From: an uncultured Flavobacteriales bacterium
GTDB taxonomy: Bacteria; Bacteroidota; Bacteroidia; Flavobacteriales_C; GCA-002722245
Length of the DNA stretch: 60,898 bases
Reading direction: 5' to 3'
Assembly (NCBI GenBank): GCA_963933885.1
Contig: CAWVWF010000003.1
Span: 1 to 60,898 of the forward strand
The notes beneath the pieces were generated by a model. The model searched no databases, was not told the origin of the DNA, and was given only the letters and a program-made list of their open reading frames with translations. Of the stretch, positions 41,332 to 49,702 are shown one piece after another. Both the position numbers and the translations under genes were made by a program. Every line of letters starts with the position of its first letter. The first letter of the stretch is position 1.

Positions 41332-43323
41332 TTAAACAAGTTTTAAAGGTATAGAAAAAGAAATACAAGTGCCTCCGTTTTCAGAATTACTTATACTAAC
41401 CTGATATGACTTGTCATTGTTTAGCTTTTGTAAACGTTGGTTTGTAATAGAAACAGCCAAGGACTTATGATCAGTGTTTTTCGTTTCAGAAAACCCTTTC
41501 CCATTGTCGTTAATTTCAAAAAATAATTGATTGTCTTTCTCCTGAATAAATACTTCAATGTATCCATTCTCCATACTCTTAATTCCATGCTCAACCGCAT
41601 TCTCGATAAAGGGTTGAAGCAACATCGGTGAAACTTCAATATTATCAATATCAGTGGTAATATCCGTACCAACTTCAAACTCGAAACGGTTGTTCAATCT
41701 AATCTGCTGAACACCCAAATAGTTGTTTATTAACCTTAACTCTTGTTCTAATGAAATGTAATTTTCAACAGACCCTTCTAGAACATCGCGAATCAACTTT
41801 CCAAACTTAGCAACTAAAGAAGACGCCTTTAGTTTTTCACCCTCTAAGATGGAAGCTTGGACAGCCGAAAGCGTATTAAAAATAAAATGCGGATTCATCT
41901 GAGAACGCAAAAGCTTTTGTTTCGATATAAGGTTTTCCGTTTTCTGTTTCTGACTTTTTATAGAGCTATACAAAACCACAAAAACAATCAAAAGAACCAG
42001 CCCTCCAAAAATGGAAAAGAAAAGTACTTTTTCGTTTTGATCTTCAAGTGCTTGAATCTTTAATTTGCTCGAGAGTTCATTCTTGTCTTTTTCCAGTTCA
42101 TTCGTTTTATTAAAAACTTCCAATTGAGCACTTTGTTTAGCCTTCTCAATATCAATTAACGAATCTGATAACAATCTAAATGTCTCTAAGTTTTCAAGGG
42201 CTGTAGCCGTATTATTAAGCTGCTTGTTGACAATATATAATGAATTCGAAATAGAACGCTGTAAGGAAATCTCCTCAGCGTTTATTGCAAATGTATAAGC
42301 AGTATTTAAAGTATCTAAGGCGCTGTCCCAATTTTTTAATTTAATATCATATCGAGCAATCATTGAATACATAACTCCTAGATGTCTCCATCTCATACTA
42401 TCTGCAAATGCTATTTTAAATTCCTTAACATATTTAACCATCGTTGTTTTTGCACCTTCAAAATCTTTTCTTCCATTTTGAATACTAGCCTTATGTATTG
42501 CCTTTACATAAGGATTGTGATGTGCTTTTGCTAAATCTTCAAGAACGGTAATAGAGTCTGTAACCTCTTGAGCTCTATCTAAATTTCCATCATTCACATA
42601 CAATCTAAATGTGGAGTAAAACAATAAGTTAAGTAGATGATATGCACTGTGTTTTCTAATAATAGTCTCCGCTTTGTAATAATAGTATTCACTAGCTTTA
42701 GGATTTCCTTTACTGGAAAGAATACCTCCTAAATTTATATACGCTCTAGCTGTTTGAAGTGGCATATCTAAACTATCGAAAAGTAAGATTGCTTTAGGGA
42801 ATTCTTTAAGTGCTAAATGAGGTTGTGAAATCGATTGATAGGTTACTCCTTTTCTATAATGAATCCATGCCTGGGCAATTAAAGATGTTTGGGTTTTAAC
42901 TAAACTATCAGCAATACTTAAAGACTGGAAGGATCGCTCATAATCACCAGCACTATTATATGTAAATGTTCTGTAGGAATAGTTAATTGCTAAGTCAGCT
43001 AAAAAATTACCAGAGCGTAAAACAGAGTCTGATTGAGATATACTCTTTAGAATACCACTATACCTAAGTGATTGAGATTCGTTTTTAGCAAGCGGTGCAT
43101 TTCTTTTATAAATACAAAATAAATAAAGCCCCTTCCCCAGTGCCCAAGTATTATGCTCAGCCTTCGCTTTTTCAATTAAGGTATTAACGTCCTTAAGGAA
43201 TACTAATCTATCACCTTTCCACCAAGCCTCTTCGAGTCGTTTTACTTCACCTTCGTACTTATTAGCCAAAGCAACTTGAAATAAAAAGAGACATAAACAG
43301 AGTGAAAGTATTCGCTTCAGCAT
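41332..43323 (-). CDS. LytS-type sensor histidine kinase with a TPR-like periplasmic region
   Basis: LRSQMNPHFIFNTL, SLEQEL, PMLLQPFIENAVEHG and INDNGKG motifs. TM helix at about aa 435-455. Confidence 0.92.
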   Translation of the reverse strand: MLKRILSLCLCLFLFQVALANKYEGEVKRLEEAWWKGDRLVFLKDVNTLIEKAKAEHNTWALGKGLYLFCIYKRNAPLAKNESQSLRYSGILKSISQSDSVLRSGNFLADLAINYSYRTFTYNSAGDYERSFQSLSIADSLVKTQTSLIAQAWIHYRKGVTYQSISQPHLALKEFPKAILLFDSLDMPLQTARAYINLGGILSSKGNPKASEYYYYKAETIIRKHSAYHLLNLLFYSTFRLYVNDGNLDRAQEVTDSITVLEDLAKAHHNPYVKAIHKASIQNGRKDFEGAKTTMVKYVKEFKIAFADSMRWRHLGVMYSMIARYDIKLKNWDSALDTLNTAYTFAINAEEISLQRSISNSLYIVNKQLNNTATALENLETFRLLSDSLIDIEKAKQSAQLEVFNKTNELEKDKNELSSKLKIQALEDQNEKVLFFSIFGGLVLLIVFVVLYSSIKSQKQKTENLISKQKLLRSQMNPHFIFNTLSAVQASILEGEKLKASSLVAKFGKLIRDVLEGSVENYISLEQELRLINNYLGVQQIRLNNRFEFEVGTDITTDIDNIEVSPMLLQPFIENAVEHGIKSMENGYIEVFIQEKDNQLFFEINDNGKGFSETKNTDHKSLAVSITNQRLQKLNNDKSYQVSISNSENGGTCISFSIPLKLV

Positions 43324-43445
43324 ATTGATTGTTGAGCTCCAAAAATAAGATATTTCTTCTGAATTTTAAGCACTCCTAAATTACCATCCCATTTTGCTCA
43401 CAAAACTTACCATTCCTGCATAAATTAGGAACCCAGTACATAAAT

Positions 43446-43470
43446 GTAGGGGTGCCTCTTGTAGGTACCC
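43446..43470 (+). repeat. GTAG-type REP-like palindrome
   Basis: GTAG followed by GGGTGCC-tcttgta-GGTACCC (7-bp stem with one G-T pair). Confidence 0.4.
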
Positions 43471-43728
43471 AACACGTAGTTGTGTAAGTGTAAAATACGG
43501 TGTTTAGTATGCACAAAGAGCCCCCCACAATTAAATACATATTTTAAATCATTAGTAATTCTAAGTCATTTTCAAATTAGACGGATCCAAGCAGAACGGG
43601 ACATTAACGGTTCAAATTATAGATCTATCTATTCTTGATGGTAACGTGCGAAGGTGTGAACCTAAACCCCAAGTTAAGCAGACTAATAATCCAACACTTG
43701 AAATTACAATCTATTCAAAAAAAAGAAT

Positions 43729-43736
43729 TAGCTTTG
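43729..43736 (+). promoter_or_regulatory. -7 promoter element for tRNA-Leu
   Basis: TAGCTTTG, 17 nt upstream of the tRNA. Confidence 0.6.
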
Positions 43737-43753
43737 CAACACCAATTCAAAAT

Positions 43754-43838
43754 GCCCGGGTGGCGGAATTGGTAGACGCGCTGGATTCAAAATCCAGTTC
43801 TTTCGAGAGTGCGGGTTCGATTCCCGCCCCGGGTACCA
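43754..43838 (+). tRNA. tRNA-Leu (anticodon CAA)
   Basis: Acceptor stem GCCCGGG/CCCGGGT, D arm GGCGGAATTGGTAGACGC, anticodon arm CTGGA-TTCAAAA-TCCAG, long variable arm, T arm GCGGG-TTCGATT-CCCGC, encoded ACCA end. Confidence 0.97.
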
Positions 43839-43842
43839 CGAT

Positions 43843-43875
43843 AAAACCTTGCAGGTCAACGACTTGCAAGGTTTT
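43843..43875. terminator. Hairpin directly after the tRNA (terminator or attL-associated inverted repeat)
   Basis: AAAACCTTGCAGGTC-aac-GACTTGCAAGGTTTT, a 15-bp stem with one G-T pair. Confidence 0.7.
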
Positions 43876-43896
43876 TCAATTTCAGAAATGTGCGTT

Positions 43897-45117
43897 ATGG
43901 CAGTAAAGGTGGCAGTAGATCCCGCTTTTGTTCCCAAAAAAAAAATGCAAAATACCTTCGATTTTAAGAAAGCTAGAGTGGTTGTACCAACTACAAAAGC
44001 AAGTCCTTATGTCCTGTTTTATGTTTGGGATGTTCAGCGAAATGATTTGATCCGGAAGCGAAAAATTATTCCAGTTGCTTACAAAGCGCTCGCTTCTAAA
44101 TTAGCTCACGCTAAAGAACTTGTTAAAAATATCAACATGCTTCTTAAAAGTGGATATCACATCGATCGAACTCAAGTTAAAATTCCTGTTCCAGAAGAGC
44201 GGAAGGAGCGTTTCTTAACGATTAAAGAATCCATCCCGAGATATATTAATTACTGTTCGAACATCGCAAGGAATGGCGACAAGGAATTATATGGTAAAAC
44301 CAACGACCTGAAAAAATTCAGAAACTGGCTAGCTAAAAACAGATACCACTTCGAATTCATAAGTGAAATAACAACCGGATCTGTACAGTCATATTTCGAT
44401 TATCTAGTAGAGGTAAAAGGCATTGGCCCACAAACATATAACAACACCTTAGGACGCCTAAAAAACTACTACAGCGTAGCCAAGAAGCGGAAGTGGGTAG
44501 AAGGTGAAAACCCTTTCGATTATGTGGATCGTCAAAGAACCAGTTATGGAGAAAAAAACACAGCTTACACACAAGAGCAACTCAATGAAATTATTCCCTA
44601 TGTGAAAGAAACCGATCATTATCTCTTCAATTTTATTGGCTTCATTTACTACGGATTAATGCGTCCTTCAGAAATTAGAAGGATGAGAGTAAGAAACATA
44701 GATTTTGAAAAACGACTAATCAGAATCGAAGCATCTCAGAGTAAAGTAAAAAAATTGGACATTCTCCCAATTGCAGATCCGTTATGGGAATTGATACAAG
44801 GAATGAATCTCCAAAACAGTCCATCAGACTATTTTATCTTCACAAGTAGTGAAAAGCCAGGAACAAAAGAAATGGGGCACAATTGGAGTACCGATTATTA
44901 CAAGAAAATCAAAACCCATTTTGGATTAGATTCTAACTATTCAATATATGGATTCAAACATACTTCTGTTTGTAGGTGGTACGAAGTAGAAAAGGATATA
45001 GTAAGGATTCAAAGAATGTGCAGACATTCTACTATTGAAATGACTGCACGTTATCTTAAATCATTAGGATTACTTACCGATCAATACAAGATTGATACGA
45101 TGCCGAATTTATTTTAA
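43897..45117 (+). CDS. Tyrosine recombinase / phage integrase
   Basis: Track ORF 43849-45117. SAM-like core (TYNNTLGRLKNYY..A.KRKW...NPF), catalytic GLMRPSE, YGFKHTS and CRHS...MTARYL. Confidence 0.92.
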   Translation: MAVKVAVDPAFVPKKKMQNTFDFKKARVVVPTTKASPYVLFYVWDVQRNDLIRKRKIIPVAYKALASKLAHAKELVKNINMLLKSGYHIDRTQVKIPVPEERKERFLTIKESIPRYINYCSNIARNGDKELYGKTNDLKKFRNWLAKNRYHFEFISEITTGSVQSYFDYLVEVKGIGPQTYNNTLGRLKNYYSVAKKRKWVEGENPFDYVDRQRTSYGEKNTAYTQEQLNEIIPYVKETDHYLFNFIGFIYYGLMRPSEIRRMRVRNIDFEKRLIRIEASQSKVKKLDILPIADPLWELIQGMNLQNSPSDYFIFTSSEKPGTKEMGHNWSTDYYKKIKTHFGLDSNYSIYGFKHTSVCRWYEVEKDIVRIQRMCRHSTIEMTARYLKSLGLLTDQYKIDTMPNLF

Positions 45118-45131
45118 GTGAGATTTAAGTG

Positions 45132-45231
45132 TTTACTACAACTACATTACTACATCAATAACTATTGGATTGAAAATGGTTCAATGGTGTAGTTTTGTAG
45201 TACTGTTTACTTGGTGAACGTCCCCGCTTTT
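45132..45231 (+). repeat. Composite module, copy 1: 22-bp ACTAC arm, 34-bp spacer, 44-bp arm ending in the CTTGGTGAACGTCCC motif
   Basis: TTTACTACAACTACATTACTAC (45132-45153) and TGTAGTTTTGTAGTACTGTTTACTTGGTGAACGTCCCCGCTTTT (45188-45231). Both arms are identical to copy 2; the spacers differ. Confidence 0.95.
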
Positions 45232-45304
45232 TTATTTTTTAACCAACATTCAGATTCAATACAAAAGAATCTGATTCACGGCACACGCTGTCCCCGTTAT
45301 TTTT

Positions 45305-45335
45305 TATGTAGTATCGAAACCTTGGTGAACGTCCC
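45305..45335 (+). repeat. Motif copy M2
   Basis: TATGTAGTATCGAAACCTTGGTGAACGTCCC, 29/31 identical to 49395-49425. Confidence 0.9.
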
Positions 45336-45341
45336 TATTAC

Positions 45342-45542
45342 GAACAAAAAGTTGGACTAGAGGTAGGTTTAACTTCTTATGTATCCAGACATACTTGGGC
45401 ATCAATTGCAAAGTTTTCAGGAGTTTCTCTTGCGGTGATAGGGGAGTCTCTAGGTCATTCTGATTTGAAAACTACTCAAACCTATCTTGCGAATTTCGAT
45501 CAAGATGTATTGGATGATGCAAATGATTTAATTGTTGGGTAA
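45342..45542 (+). pseudogene. 3' relic of a second, different tyrosine integrase
   Basis: Manual translation: EQKVGLEVGLTSYVSRHTWASIAKFSGVSLAVIGESLGHSDLKTTQTYLANFDQDVLDDANDLIVG*. Carries RH and LGH...TTQxY. No start codon; in-frame TAG at 45309. Confidence 0.9.
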
Positions 45543-45565
45543 TTGAAATAGTTGAGATAATTGGA

Positions 45566-45664
45566 TTTACTACAACTACATTACTACGCCTGAACTTATT
45601 AAGTAAATACTGTTTTGAGCTGTAGTTTTGTAGTACTGTTTACTTGGTGAACGTCCCCGCTTTT
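45566..45664 (+). repeat. Composite module, copy 2 (33-bp spacer)
   Basis: Arms at 45566-45587 and 45621-45664 are identical to copy 1. Like copy 1, it follows an integrase stop codon. Confidence 0.95.
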
Positions 45665-45678
45665 ATTATTTGACCCAT

Positions 45679-47658
45679 TTATTGCACATGATCCTGAAAA
45701 ATTCTAATAAATAAATTCTTTAATGCATCAATTTTAACAGGCTTAGCCATGTAGTCATCTAGGCCTTTTTCAATAAATAGCTCTCTATCTCCTTCCATTG
45801 CATTAGCCGTTAAAGCAATAACAGGAGGTGATTCTCCAAGTAATTCCTTAATTCTATTTGTAGTTTCAACACCATCCATCTCAGGCATTTGGATATCCAT
45901 TAATATAATGTCATATTGATTGGTTTTACATTTTTCTATAGCTTTTCTCCCTGAATTTACCTTATCTACTGTGCATCCTAAATGCTTTAACATAAGTTCT
46001 GCTGTTAGTAAATTTACTAAGATATCATCCACGATTAAAACTCTTTTATCGAATTTTGCAATATCCTTTTTCAGCTTAACCTCAGATAGACTTGTTTTTT
46101 TATCAGCTTTAGCTTTAAAAGTAAACCAAAAATTACTTCCTTCTCCAGGTGTTGATTCTAAGCCAATTTCGCCTCCCATTAAGTCAATTAGGTTTTTACA
46201 AATGGCCAAGCCCAATCCTGTTCCTTTTACTTTTTTAGAAGAACTTTGATCTAATTGTTGGAAATTTTGAAACAGTTTGGTTTTATTTTCTTCTGATACA
46301 CCTTCCCCTGTATCTATTATTTCAATTTTATATAACTCAAGGTTTACTTTTGAAACAATCATCTTAACGCTTCCTTGCTCTGTAAACTTAATAGCATTAC
46401 CATATAAGTTAGAGAGAACTTGAATTAATTTTCCTTTTGCTCCAATTAAAGCAGGGGGAACATCCTCTTTAACAGAAGAATGAAATGTTAATCCTTTGTT
46501 AGTAGCCAGAGAACTGAATAGATTACTTACCTGAGTAAGAATCTGTTCTATTTCAAAATTTTCATTCACCAGTTCTACTTTTCCTGCTTCTAATTTAGAA
46601 AGGTCAAGAATGTCATTTAGCAAATTTAATAGTTCATTTGATGAAGAATTTATAACTCGAACAATCTTTTTCTGATCAGTATCTAAGTTAGTTGTTGTCT
46701 TTAAAACATCAACCATTCCAATGATGCCATTCATTGGTGTTCTAATTTCATGAGACATATTGGATAAAAATTCTGATCTAAACTGTAAGGATTTCTCGAC
46801 AAGTTTTTTTTCTAATTCTAGTTTTTTTACTTTTTCTATAGCATTGTTTTTTGTCTTCAATAATTCAAAATTACCTGCCAACGACTTACTCATCTCTCTT
46901 ACTGAACTCCCTAACTCGACAAATTCATCATACCCTTTGATGTCTATGCTCACATCAAAATTCCCTAGAGATAATTGTTTAGTTATTTCTTCTAATTGAT
47001 AAATTGGCTTAGTGATTTTAATCAAGCTTTTACCAATAATTATAATAATAAGTATAGCTATGAAAACACCTGAAAACAATGAGCCATAAGTAATCATAGA
47101 TAAATCTTCAGATAATTTATTTTGATATTGGGCCTCTTTTTTTCGTAGATCGTGTTTCAAATGAGAAACGAAAAAGTTAAGAGCACTAAGCTCATTCATT
47201 ATGTTTTTTGAGTAAAATTCTGACAGAGATTTTCTATTAGAATTTAAGTCTTTAATGTTTATTAAATATGTATTAACCTTAGAAACAAGGTGATCTCCTA
47301 TTTGAATAATTTTATTTATTGCTTCATACTCTTGGTTGAGCTCAGAGTCCATCTCTAATAATGAACGTAATTGAATATTTAAACTAGGCACATCAACGTC
47401 AATATATCCTCTAGCCTTATTATAACCACTATAACTAGCCGTTGAATTTAGCTTTTTACCTTTTGGTAGAGTAATTTCAAATTCTCGTTGAATAAAGGCA
47501 TAGTTATTTATTATTATGCTTATGGGAGCTATCTGTTTATTAAACCTTTGATAATCATCTTTTACTCTTTTAACTAAAAAAAAAGAACATAAAGTAATAC
47601 CCAGCAGTATTAATGTTAGAATAGAAGAACTTAATAAGAGGTTTTTTTTTATGGTCAT
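45679..47658 (-). CDS. Hybrid sensor histidine kinase / response regulator (cargo)
   Basis: Two TM helices, HAMP, SNMSHEIRTPMNGIIG, NLYGNAIKFT, DTGEG, GTGLGLAI, receiver ILMDIQMPEMDG. Confidence 0.95.
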   Translation of the reverse strand: MTIKKNLLLSSSILTLILLGITLCSFFLVKRVKDDYQRFNKQIAPISIIINNYAFIQREFEITLPKGKKLNSTASYSGYNKARGYIDVDVPSLNIQLRSLLEMDSELNQEYEAINKIIQIGDHLVSKVNTYLINIKDLNSNRKSLSEFYSKNIMNELSALNFFVSHLKHDLRKKEAQYQNKLSEDLSMITYGSLFSGVFIAILIIIIIGKSLIKITKPIYQLEEITKQLSLGNFDVSIDIKGYDEFVELGSSVREMSKSLAGNFELLKTKNNAIEKVKKLELEKKLVEKSLQFRSEFLSNMSHEIRTPMNGIIGMVDVLKTTTNLDTDQKKIVRVINSSSNELLNLLNDILDLSKLEAGKVELVNENFEIEQILTQVSNLFSSLATNKGLTFHSSVKEDVPPALIGAKGKLIQVLSNLYGNAIKFTEQGSVKMIVSKVNLELYKIEIIDTGEGVSEENKTKLFQNFQQLDQSSSKKVKGTGLGLAICKNLIDLMGGEIGLESTPGEGSNFWFTFKAKADKKTSLSEVKLKKDIAKFDKRVLIVDDILVNLLTAELMLKHLGCTVDKVNSGRKAIEKCKTNQYDIILMDIQMPEMDGVETTNRIKELLGESPPVIALTANAMEGDRELFIEKGLDDYMAKPVKIDALKNLFIRIFQDHVQ

Positions 47659-47720
47659 AAAATATATTGCTTTGTACCTTTGTTCTTTTTAAGAATAAAT
47701 TCTATAATTCCATTTTAATA

Positions 47721-48851
47721 TTACTTAGTAACACTCTCTAACTCACTCTTCCCATTATATCTATACAATGAAAAATAGATCCCTTTTGACGCTCCATCCT
47801 TCCCTATTGAAATATTACCGCAAACACCATTATACAAATTGACACTAAATAATGATTCTCGGAGATAGTTGGTTAATTCTTTTTTCTCGATTTCTTGTTC
47901 ATTTATATTTCCGAGTATATCCATTACTAAGCCGCCAGCATCATAAGCTTGAAATATAGACCAGTATGTTTCAGGTACATTTTGATATTTAGCTTTATAT
48001 TTAACTAGTAATTCTTCAGCTTTAAATTTATTTCCATCCCTGTGAGTGAAAAAAGGAATTTCAATAAATAAGCTATCTTTAGCTGTTCTCTCAATGACAT
48101 CTTTATCAATAAAAAGATTAATTCCAAAAAAATGAGGTTTTACATTACTCTTCATACATTGGTCTAAGAATATTGAAGCCTGATGATATGTGAAATACAC
48201 AAAACAATCTGTTCCATCCTCTTTTCCTTTCTTGATCTCTTTTGTAAAACTTTTTTGATTAGGATCTACTTCCTTTATTTCACAAGTAATATTTCTCAAT
48301 TTAAGGTCATTATAAGTTTCCATTGCGACTCTCTTCATAAAGTCATTTGGATAATAAAATATTTTAACGTTATTCAGTTCTAATTCAGCAATTCTAAGTG
48401 CAACCATTTCTCCTGCATCTTCAGTCTTTTTTCCTATTTTAAAAGTGTTTTTATTTAGAGAAGAGAGTAGTGCATCATTATTTAAAAGATTAACTAAAAT
48501 GATATCATCTTTTATGAGTAGGTCTTGAAGAGCCACTGTTCCATCGGTATTACTCATAAATACCATATCTATATCATGTTTTTCTTTTAACTTTTTGTAA
48601 CATGGGATAGCATTTTCTTTTTTCCATTTGTCATCTTCAATATATAACTCCGCTTCTGGTTGGTCTTTGTCTCTATCTTGATTATACTCTGTTACTAATA
48701 GCTGAAGAGCATTAGATGAACCTATCCCAAAGTCAGTTGCTGTCTCCGTTAATGGACCTATGTAGCCTATTTTTATCTTCTCAATTTTATTTGATTGACA
48801 AGAATAAAAGAATACGGAGGAAAGAATAAATATATATGCCCAATATTTCAT
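47721..48851 (-). CDS. Periplasmic-binding (LivJ/ABC substrate-binding-like) lipoprotein (cargo)
   Basis: Lipobox FFYSC, KIKIGYIGPLT, LYIEDDK, QAYDAG. Co-oriented upstream of the kinase. Confidence 0.8.
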   Translation of the reverse strand: MKYWAYIFILSSVFFYSCQSNKIEKIKIGYIGPLTETATDFGIGSSNALQLLVTEYNQDRDKDQPEAELYIEDDKWKKENAIPCYKKLKEKHDIDMVFMSNTDGTVALQDLLIKDDIILVNLLNNDALLSSLNKNTFKIGKKTEDAGEMVALRIAELELNNVKIFYYPNDFMKRVAMETYNDLKLRNITCEIKEVDPNQKSFTKEIKKGKEDGTDCFVYFTYHQASIFLDQCMKSNVKPHFFGINLFIDKDVIERTAKDSLFIEIPFFTHRDGNKFKAEELLVKYKAKYQNVPETYWSIFQAYDAGGLVMDILGNINEQEIEKKELTNYLRESLFSVNLYNGVCGNISIGKDGASKGIYFSLYRYNGKSELESVTK

Positions 48852-49041
48852 AGTAAATTTTAGGTTCTTTACGGATTTTAATATTTTTAGTTCTTAATAT
48901 CAACGGTTTTCGTTTTCAAATATAATCATTTTAACCATAAAGTTGAATGATTTTGACAGATGCGATAGAGCCAAAACATAGTAATTCCACCTGTTTCCCC
49001 CTCAAAATCCCACCCCCTTTTCCGATCTTCTCTATATAAAA

Positions 49042-49062
49042 GATGGTGGTAGGCCCACCATC
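49042..49062. other. GC-rich hairpin beside motif M4
   Basis: GATGGTGG-taggc-CCACCATC, a perfect 8-bp stem. Confidence 0.5.
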
Positions 49063-49070
49063 ATCATAAT

Positions 49071-49090
49071 GGGGACGTTCACCAAGTAAA
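49071..49090 (-). repeat. Motif copy M4, perfect inverted copy of M1/M3
   Basis: GGGGACGTTCACCAAGTAAA is the reverse complement of TTTACTTGGTGAACGTCCCC at 45206-45225 and 45639-45658. Confidence 0.95.
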
Positions 49091-49106
49091 GAATATGACA
49101 ATATGA

Positions 49107-49328
49107 TTAAAGATTAGATCCTAGATATAATTCACTAACAGCAATTCCTATTCTTTCTAAATTCCTCCAAAGCTTTTTTCTTGATTTTCTTTTTTGCTTA
49201 ATTTCTAGATTCCCTTCATAATCCAATTTTAGAGATTCGAATTCTGGTAATTGATGTTGCTTGATGATGGGAATTCCTTCGGGAGTTATGACATGGATTC
49301 TGGCGATATTCTGATCTATTTCCATTGC
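49107..49328 (-). pseudogene. 5'-truncated paralogous fragment of the 52730-53206 gene
   Basis: 49141-49328 aligns without gaps to 52773-52960 (26 mismatches in 188 nt by hand count, about 86%). It lacks the N-terminal TM half. Confidence 0.9.
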
Positions 49329-49339
49329 AATTATTTATA

Positions 49340-49425
49340 GGGACGCTCACCAAGTAAATAATCGACCACCAAGTAAATAATACGATACTCAAATTATGTA
49401 CTATCGAAACCTTGGTGAGCGTCCC
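49340..49425. repeat. Motif copies M5 (minus strand, 49340-49358) and M6 (plus strand, 49395-49425), plus a partial repeat
   Basis: GGGACGCTCACCAAGTAAATAA, a second CACCAAGTAAATAA at 49367-49380, and TATGTACTATCGAAACCTTGGTGAGCGTCCC. Confidence 0.9.
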
Positions 49426-49702
49426 CCCTATTATCTCACATTATCCTCAGTTCTTGAGTTATTAACCAATAAGCCTTTTAATAAGCTAGGTTTGTCATGT
49501 CGTATACTTGAAACTGTCCCCTTTCCGTTAAGTTACAACTCCATAGTTATTGAAGCTGTCTGAAAACGTTTCTTGATTTAAATCCTTTTAAACTCTCATT
49601 TCATCCTTTAATTAGTGAAAAGTAACCGGTGGTTCATTCGTGAACAGGTTTGGTTTTATTATTAGTTTAATGCCTTATTTTTGCTTGAAAATAAGTATAA
49701 CT

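Noticed and set aside
39867-43323. Lipoprotein and LytS/LytTR pair as part of the integrated element
   Set aside because: They lie 5' of the tRNA on the host side, with no boundary repeat seen.
39755-43420. Similar AATTACCATC..A...TGCTC strings at 39755 and 43379 as LytTR operators
   Set aside because: They are short, AT-rich and need a gap to align, and they lack the roughly 22-bp-period direct repeat expected for LytTR sites.
43646-43937. ORFs 43646-43906 (+) and 43728-43937 (-)
   Set aside because: They overlap the tRNA and translate to typical tRNA shadow text (WYPGRESNPH).
45132-45664. CRISPR array or CRISPR-like repeat-spacer unit
   Set aside because: The 33-34-bp spacers are suggestive, but there are only two units, the two arms differ from each other, the units are 434 bp apart, and no cas gene is present.
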